NCBI GenBank assembly: GCA_038891615.1
Contig: JAWADY010000003.1
Coordinates: 32,001-96,000, forward strand
Length of the DNA: 64,000 bases
Source of the DNA: Candidatus Woesearchaeota archaeon
Lineage (GTDB): Archaea > Nanobdellota > Nanobdellia > Woesearchaeales > ARS49
Direction: 5' to 3'
Positions 57,880 to 64,000 of this stretch are shown here, one piece after another. The position numbers were made by a program, and so were the translations under genes. The notes under the pieces are model-generated. The model searched no databases, was not told the origin of the DNA, and worked only from the letters and a program-made list of their open reading frames with translations. Positions within the stretch are counted from its first letter, which is position 1, and each line of letters begins with the position of its first letter.

Positions 57880-59358
57880 TTAAATAGCAGACTTTATGAT
57901 GTTTTTAATCTCTTTTAAACTTGTTGTTTTTAGTGTTATGAGAAACAAAAGGTAAATGAGTGAAGCTACTACTATTGTGATTGGTATTTCAATAAGTACA
58001 TTGATAATAAGTAATTTTTTTAGCACAAATAATGTACCTACAAATGCTGCACTTGCAACAATAACTTTGGCATAATCAAAAAGTGGAATTTTATTTTCAA
58101 CAAACCTGTTTAGTATTGTCGTTGAAAGTGCCGCGTTGATAAGTCCTGTTGTTAGTGCAGTGATGGATGCTCCAACTATGCCAAGAAGAGGAATAAGCAG
58201 TAGGTTCAGCAAAACACTAAGAGCCGCAATTGAAAGACTTATTGCAGTCTGGATTTTTGGCTTGTTTATTGCTAGCAAAAGTCTTCCATTTATTAAAGCA
58301 ATGCTCCCAAATATTGTACCAACAGACAGTAGGCGCACAGGAATTGCTGCAGGCAAATACTTTTCGCCAAAGAAGAGATTGATTATTACTTCTGGGAATG
58401 CAAATAGTGAAAGCGCAAGAGGCGACAAGATGATAAAAGTCCATTTTTGAAGTTTTGTTATGCTTTCTCTGAGCCTTTTGTCAGCAAGTGCATAGAGTTC
58501 AGAAGCCATAGGCAGAATAACTGGCGAGACGGCTTTTCCTATATATCCAATTAGGTTTGCTATTGGTATAGCAACATTGTAATAGCCCACGTCCGATAAT
58601 GGCCTAAAGTATGTTAATATGATTGTGTCAGCATATCCTAGAATAGCACTTCCCATAAGTCCGACAATCACTGTCAAACCAAAATATAGCAGTTTTTTAA
58701 ATAAGTGCCAGTCAAATGATGCTGGAATGACAAAGAATTTTGGAAATGTTTTAAGAAGAAAAATCATAAAGACAACTGGCACGAGTGCGAAGGAGATCAA
58801 ATTGGCATAGGCTGGAGCCATGGTCTTTAAACCAAGTCTAAAAAATAAATAGGTTGTAACAAAAATAGCTGCATTTCCGAATAAGTCAATAAGTGCTGAC
58901 AAAACAGGCTTCTTAAAGCTAACAAACAGAGCCGCAAAAAATGTCTCAAAAGTTGAAAGAAGAAATGAAATTGCAAGAACAATGATAATTCCTGCTGCGG
59001 CTTCGTTTTTGAAATAATTCTTGCCTAACCAGTTAGATAAGATAATTGCTACAGTTGTGAAAAGGCTAAGAATTAATGCTTGCACAAGAAAGAGATATAC
59101 AAGCGAATTTTTTGCACTTTTAAAGTCGCCTTTTGTTCTGAATTCAGCAACATATCTTGAAACTGAAACATTTAATCCAAGTGCTTTGAAGCCCATGAAA
59201 AAGCTGAGAAATGAGAAGACTGCAAAAAAAAGCCCATACTCTGATGGACTCAGATTTCTTGCTAGCAAGATTCTGAATAGATAACCGACAAATGCGGACG
59301 CAATAAGGATGATAAAAACTAACCAAGTTCCCCGCACAAAATATCTCGTGTAATTCAT
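57880..59358 (-). CDS. Wzx/MOP-family oligosaccharide flippase
   Basis: LARNLSPSEYG, DTIIL, VGYYNVA, GIVGASI; ~14 TMs. Confidence 0.92.
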   Translation of the reverse strand: MNYTRYFVRGTWLVFIILIASAFVGYLFRILLARNLSPSEYGLFFAVFSFLSFFMGFKALGLNVSVSRYVAEFRTKGDFKSAKNSLVYLFLVQALILSLFTTVAIILSNWLGKNYFKNEAAAGIIIVLAISFLLSTFETFFAALFVSFKKPVLSALIDLFGNAAIFVTTYLFFRLGLKTMAPAYANLISFALVPVVFMIFLLKTFPKFFVIPASFDWHLFKKLLYFGLTVIVGLMGSAILGYADTIILTYFRPLSDVGYYNVAIPIANLIGYIGKAVSPVILPMASELYALADKRLRESITKLQKWTFIILSPLALSLFAFPEVIINLFFGEKYLPAAIPVRLLSVGTIFGSIALINGRLLLAINKPKIQTAISLSIAALSVLLNLLLIPLLGIVGASITALTTGLINAALSTTILNRFVENKIPLFDYAKVIVASAAFVGTLFVLKKLLIINVLIEIPITIVVASLIYLLFLITLKTTSLKEIKNIIKSAI

Positions 59359-59556
59359 GCCGACCCTATACAGAAGAGCCCATTATAAAGCTTGTGAACT
59401 CTATAACTAATGTAACTATAGCAGTCTTTCTCAAGCCATTAAAGCTCATCTAATTTTCCACATTGTAGCTGTCTTCAGCAATTTCTTAGGCCGTTGCTCT
59501 TAGCCTTATAACAATAATTAATATCAGCTAACATAACTTTTTAGTTCTCATGCAGT

Positions 59557-60185
59557 TCATAATTTTCGCATAATTGCTATGATGGATTCTCCGAATAGAA
59601 AATGGAAAATTTTATTAATCTTATCACTTAGATATGTCCTTAACAGAGGAATCCAAGCGCCTTCTGTTGTTAGTTCTTCGATATTAAATCCATACCATTT
59701 TGAAAGCAATTTTATTTCGTTTAATGTAACTTGATTTATGTGCTCTTCAGGTGCACCAGCCTTTGCAGACAATGGAAATCTCCTAAATTTCCCATAGAGC
59801 AAGAAATATATGCGCTCATATAGCGATTGTAGATTTGGTGTACTCAAGAAAAAAATCCTCCTTTTTTCAACATTTTATGCACATCTCTAAAAAGTTTGTG
59901 AGGATTTTCAATGTGCTCTATGATTTCTGTGCAAATAACAACATCAAACTTGTTTCTAAAGCGTGGAACATCTTTGTTTATGTCAAATTCGATAAACTTT
60001 ATTCTTTTTTCAACAATGCGCGGCTTTACAACATCCATTGCGCAAACATTAAAGCCGTACTTTAGCGCTATTTTTGTGTGGCGAAAAGTGGGTCCACAAC
60101 CTAAATCCAAAAGTAAACCTCCCCCAATTCTTTTACAAAAATTCTCAACATGTTCCATAATTTTTAAATCGGTATGTGAGGTCAT
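59557..60185 (-). pseudogene. SAM-dependent methyltransferase split by a frameshift at a T7 run (59849-59855)
   Basis: LDLGCG...EIIEHIENP...LKKGG in one frame, LSTPN...H in the next; one extra T restores the gene. Confidence 0.8.
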
Positions 60186-60272
60186 GCGAACCTACCCCTC
60201 ATCTGTCAAGACTGCTGTTTTTTGCTTCGAAAGCAAAAGAAGATTTAAATAGTTTGTGATTTACACGGGCTT

Positions 60273-60557
60273 ATGCCAAAAGAAGGCAAGAACTTTGAGA
60301 AAGAAAGTTTTGGTTTTGCGGCATACGCAATTTTGTTATCATTGCTTTTAATCCTTATGCTCCTTCACCTTTTTAGGCTTTATCCAATCGTTGTTGACAA
60401 GTTTACTTTTTATATCATAAGCCTTGTTTTTGTTCTCTTGCTGTTGCCAATTGTTCGCTACATAAAGTTTTTTGGTCTTGTTGAGGTTAGGAAGGAGATT
60501 GAAGAATTGAGGCGCCAGCTTTTGACTGTAAAAGCGCTTGCATCAAGGGCAAGATAA
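60273..60557 (+). CDS. Hypothetical 2-TM membrane protein
   Basis: TATA 29 nt upstream of ATG; two hydrophobic segments and a coiled tail. Confidence 0.7.
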   Translation: MPKEGKNFEKESFGFAAYAILLSLLLILMLLHLFRLYPIVVDKFTFYIISLVFVLLLLPIVRYIKFFGLVEVRKEIEELRRQLLTVKALASRAR

Positions 60558-60564
60558 ATCTTTT

Positions 60565-61521
60565 TTATTGACTTTTTGCGCGTTTAGCAAGATACCACTC
60601 AACAAACCTTGTCATTCCTTCTTCAATTGTTGTTCTTGGCTCCCAGCCAAGAATTGCCTTTGCTTTTGAGATATCAGCATGCGTGATTGGAACATCTGCT
60701 CGTTGTTCTGGAAGTTTTTGTATGATTGCTTTTTTTCCAACAAGTTTTTCAATAAGCGAAACAAATTGGTTTAACTCCACAGGTTTGTTATTGCCAAGAT
60801 TAATTATTTCGAAGGCAAAGCGCTTCTCGGTCGCTGCGAGGATTCCTGAAATAATATCGTCAATAAAAGTATAATCGCGCTTTGATGTCCCGTCACCATA
60901 AATCTCTATTGTTGCTTCCTTTAAAATCTTTTCAGTAAACTTATACGGCGCCATGTCTGGCCGTCCACGTGGGCCATAAACAGTGAAGAGCCTTAAGCAG
61001 GCAATTGAGAGGCCATAAAGATTGTGGTATGTTCTACACATTAACTCCGCAGAGAGCTTTGTTGCGGCATACGGTGATGCTGGTTCATTCAATGGCTCCT
61101 TTTCTGAAAATGGAAGATGACTATTTTTGCCATAGACGGACGAAGAAGAGGCAAAAATAAACCTTTTCACACCGAATTTCCTTGAGCATTCAAGTAGATT
61201 TGTTGTTCCGCCAACATTCACTTCGGCATATAGCTTTGGATTCTCAATCGAGGCACGAACTCCGGCTCTAGCAGCAAGGTGTATAACTAGTTCAAAATTA
61301 TGAGTAGCAAATATTTGGTCAAGGGGAGCTCTTATATCGGCTTTGTAAAATGTGAAAGTCTTTTTCTTTTTTAGTTCTAATATGTTTTCGCATTTGAAAG
61401 CTGGGTTATAGTAATCATTTAGGTCATCGATGCAAACAACATCATCCCCTCTTGCTAGTAACTTCTCGCAAAGATGACTTCCAATGAAGCCAGCTCCACC
61501 AGTAACTAGAACGCGGCTCAC
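60565..61521 (-). CDS. UDP-glucuronate 4-epimerase-like SDR
   Basis: TGGAGFIG, LAARAGVR, YAATK, GRPDMA; GTG start overlapping upstream stop. Confidence 0.88.
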   Translation of the reverse strand: MSRVLVTGGAGFIGSHLCEKLLARGDDVVCIDDLNDYYNPAFKCENILELKKKKTFTFYKADIRAPLDQIFATHNFELVIHLAARAGVRASIENPKLYAEVNVGGTTNLLECSRKFGVKRFIFASSSSVYGKNSHLPFSEKEPLNEPASPYAATKLSAELMCRTYHNLYGLSIACLRLFTVYGPRGRPDMAPYKFTEKILKEATIEIYGDGTSKRDYTFIDDIISGILAATEKRFAFEIINLGNNKPVELNQFVSLIEKLVGKKAIIQKLPEQRADVPITHADISKAKAILGWEPRTTIEEGMTRFVEWYLAKRAKSQ

Positions 61522-62477
61522 TTCGCTTTCCCTTTCAACCAATCAATCGTTTTTTTCAGTCCTTCTTCAAGAGTTGTTTTTGGCTTGTAACAAAAGGCCT
61601 TTTCTGCCTTTGAGATATCTGCTTTAGACCTTCTAATCTCTCCCTGCCTTGGTTGTTCTCTTATTACTTTAAAATCCTTTCCAACAAGCTTTCCGACCAG
61701 TTTCGCAAGTTCATTAATGGTTGTTTCTTTGCCGCTACCAATGTTGAAGAGCTCAAATGGTGGTGTCTTTTTTTGAAGAACTGCACTAGCCCATCTTGCG
61801 GCCAAAATTGTTGTTCCGATGATATCGTCTATATACACAAAATCGCGGGATTGTTCACCATCGCCGTATATTATTATTTCGCCCCTAAGCGCGCCTTCTA
61901 TAAACCTTGGCACGACGGCATAACCAGCTGTGTTTTGTCCATACCCAAAGACATTGAAATAGCGGAGGCAAAGGACAGGTAGCCCATATTCTTTGGCATA
62001 AGAAAAGGCTTGCATTTCATTAGTGGCTTTTGTTATAGCATATGGCGTAAAAGGAAAGATTTTGTGATGCTCGCACTGTAGTGGCGCGCTGCTTTGACCA
62101 TAAACAGCTGCCGAGGATGCAATGACAACCGCTTTTACCTCATTTTTTTTGGCTGCCTCAAGAACAGAAGCTGTGCCAATGATATTAGTTCTGTAGTACT
62201 CATTCCAGTCTTTCCATGAATCGAGTGCAGACTGTTTTGCGGCGTAATGCAAAATGTAATCTGCACCTTTAAACGCGTCAACGAGTTTGTCGGTATTTGT
62301 TATGTCTATTTCTTTGAAATCAATCTTTTGTGAAGAGAGCAACTGCTCGAGATTCTCTTTGGAACCATGAGCACTTAAATTATCTATTACAACTACGCTA
62401 TCTTCACTTTTAGCCAGCCTTTGTGAGAGTGCGCTTCCAATAAAACCGGCTCCTCCTGTTACAACAAACCTTGCCAT
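61518..62477 (-). CDS. NAD-dependent epimerase (GalE-like)
   Basis: TGGAGFIG, SSAAVYG, YAITK, GDGEQSRDF. Confidence 0.9.
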   Translation of the reverse strand: MARFVVTGGAGFIGSALSQRLAKSEDSVVVIDNLSAHGSKENLEQLLSSQKIDFKEIDITNTDKLVDAFKGADYILHYAAKQSALDSWKDWNEYYRTNIIGTASVLEAAKKNEVKAVVIASSAAVYGQSSAPLQCEHHKIFPFTPYAITKATNEMQAFSYAKEYGLPVLCLRYFNVFGYGQNTAGYAVVPRFIEGALRGEIIIYGDGEQSRDFVYIDDIIGTTILAARWASAVLQKKTPPFELFNIGSGKETTINELAKLVGKLVGKDFKVIREQPRQGEIRRSKADISKAEKAFCYKPKTTLEEGLKKTIDWLKGKAK

Positions 62478-63778
62478 TATTTTACTGAGACAGCTCTTCC
62501 AATTGAAAAGTATTTTATACCAAGCTGGTGCATTCTTTGAGGGTCATATATGTTCCTGCCGTCAAATATGATTGGTTGCTTTAGTTGTTTTTTTATCCTT
62601 TCTATCCTCAAATGCTTGAATTCATCCCATTCCGTTAGAATGAGCAGCGCATCTGCGTTTTCAGCAGCAGCATAAGGATTGGTGCAGTATGTGATATTTT
62701 TGAGAATCTTTTTTGCATTTTCCATTGCCTTTGGGTCATAAGCAGCTATTCCTGCACCAAGCTCCTGCAACTTGGATATTATATCGATTGATGGTGCGAA
62801 GCGCATATCATCTGTGTTTGGTTTGAAGGCTAAGCCAAGCACACCCAATCTCTTGCCTTTCACTCCCCCAAGCTCTTTTTCTATCTTTTCAACAAAATAC
62901 TTGCGCTGACTGACATTTATTTCAGATACTGCCTTCAGCAGAGATGGCGTGATGCCGTGGCGTTCAAATGTGTGAATAAATGCATCTAAATCTTTTGGAA
63001 AACAAAAACCACCATATCCTATTCCTGCTTTCAGAAAATCGTAACCTATTCTTTTATCAGCTCCAATGCCTTTCATAACAACTTCGATGTCAGCCCCTGC
63101 TGCTTCGCAAAGCCGCGAAACCAGGTTTGCATATGAAATTTTCATTGCCAAAAACGCATTAGAGGCATGTTTGATGAGTTCTGCGCTACGCATATCTGTA
63201 TGAATGATTGGAGCATTAAAAGGCTTGTAAAGCTCTGTAAGAATGGCATCCGCCTTTTGGCTGTCAGTACCAATAACAATTCTATCAGGATTCATTGCGT
63301 CTTTGAGCGCAGAACCCTCCCTCAAGAACTCAGGATTTACTGCAATGTCGAAGTCAGCCTTTTCTAAATATTTTTGCATGAGCTCCTTCATCCAGTCTGC
63401 TGTCATAACTGGTACTGTGCTTTTTTCAACAATAACCTTATAGCCTTTCATTGATTTTGATATCTCTTTTGCAACATGTTCAATTGATGTAAGGTCTGGG
63501 CTGCCATCTTTTTTTGGCGGAGTGCCGACGCAAATAAAAACAACTTCAGAATCCTTTATTCCACTTGCAATATCAGTCGTAAACCTCAACCTTCCTTCTG
63601 ATTTATGGGCAAGAACAAGCTCTTCTAGGCCAGGCTCGTATATCGGAATTTTTTCATTCTTTAGCAGCTCAATCTTTTTTTTATCATTATCAATACAGAC
63701 GACTTGGTTTCCTTTTTCTGCAAACACAGCGCCTGTTACAAGCCCAACATATCCAGAACCAATTATGGAAAGTCTCAT
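62477..63778 (-). CDS. ugd: UDP-glucose 6-dehydrogenase
   Basis: GSGYVGL, KSTVP, NPEFLREG, GYGGFCFPKD, DGRN. Confidence 0.95.
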   Translation of the reverse strand: MRLSIIGSGYVGLVTGAVFAEKGNQVVCIDNDKKKIELLKNEKIPIYEPGLEELVLAHKSEGRLRFTTDIASGIKDSEVVFICVGTPPKKDGSPDLTSIEHVAKEISKSMKGYKVIVEKSTVPVMTADWMKELMQKYLEKADFDIAVNPEFLREGSALKDAMNPDRIVIGTDSQKADAILTELYKPFNAPIIHTDMRSAELIKHASNAFLAMKISYANLVSRLCEAAGADIEVVMKGIGADKRIGYDFLKAGIGYGGFCFPKDLDAFIHTFERHGITPSLLKAVSEINVSQRKYFVEKIEKELGGVKGKRLGVLGLAFKPNTDDMRFAPSIDIISKLQELGAGIAAYDPKAMENAKKILKNITYCTNPYAAAENADALLILTEWDEFKHLRIERIKKQLKQPIIFDGRNIYDPQRMHQLGIKYFSIGRAVSVK

Positions 63779-63878
63779 GAAGGCTGTTAAAGGTAATCTC
63801 TTTATAAAAATTTTGCTACTTCAGAATAGCATCTTGTTATAGAAAAATTTATAAGGAAAAGCGGATGAAAAATTAATA

Positions 63879-63987
63879 GGACGGCCATAGGGGCTGGGTT
63901 CTACCCGTTCCCATTCGAACACGGCAGTCAAACCAGCCTCCGTAGCTGAGTGTACTGCGTTACGCGGGAAATCAGCTAAGCTGTCCA
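63879..63987 (+). rRNA. rrf: 5S rRNA
   Basis: GGACGGC/GCTGTCC terminal helix, CCCGTTCCCATTCGAACACGGCAGTCAA, GTACTG, GGGAA; own TATA at 63848. Confidence 0.9.
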
Positions 63988-64000
63988 CTTTTACATCTTT

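Noticed and set aside
486-63842. Many 60-170 aa antisense or alternate-frame ORFs in the track (e.g. 5076-5567, 10274-10753, 20327-20734, 27330-27842, 28762-29232)
   Set aside because: Shadows of well-supported genes, without motifs or promoters
1-64000. CRISPR arrays, IS elements, integrases, prophage or defence genes
   Set aside because: No spaced direct repeats, transposase/integrase motifs or tRNA 3'-end duplications were seen by eye

Overview
Archaeal chromosomal window, most likely a DPANN/Woesearchaeota-like lineage (inferred from archaeal-type r-proteins L4e/S4e/L32e/L19e, topoisomerase VI, AglB and TATA/BRE promoters). 0.3-14.3 kb: large ribosomal-protein operon (L3 to L15, SecY, DUF106/EMC3-like), lacking rpp29 and adk at their usual positions. 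14.4-30.5 kb: dnaG, rio1-KH-top6B-top6A, tRNA-Arg(TCT, intron), tRNA-Cys, phasin-like plus ABC1 kinase, topA, exported Lon-like protease, thermonuclease, Kazal lipoprotein, NUDIX, PolX. 30.6-38.8 kb: tRNA-Trp abutting an aromatic amino-acid permease, four cell-surface genes, and a geranylgeranyl reductase. 38.9-63.8 kb: AglB-centred glycosylation locus, then a stand-alone 5S rRNA. No CRISPR array, IS element or prophage was seen. The most unusual signals are non-coding. (i) A ~225-nt riboswitch-like dnaG leader. (ii) A four-segment switchable leader before rpl3. (iii) A promoter-driven ~70-nt orphan RNA carrying an anti-Shine-Dalgarno sequence. (iv) A shared CTACT-N4-AGTAG upstream site at two to three promoters. 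(v) tRNA promoters spaced for near-leaderless transcription. All structures were folded by eye and no database searches were run.
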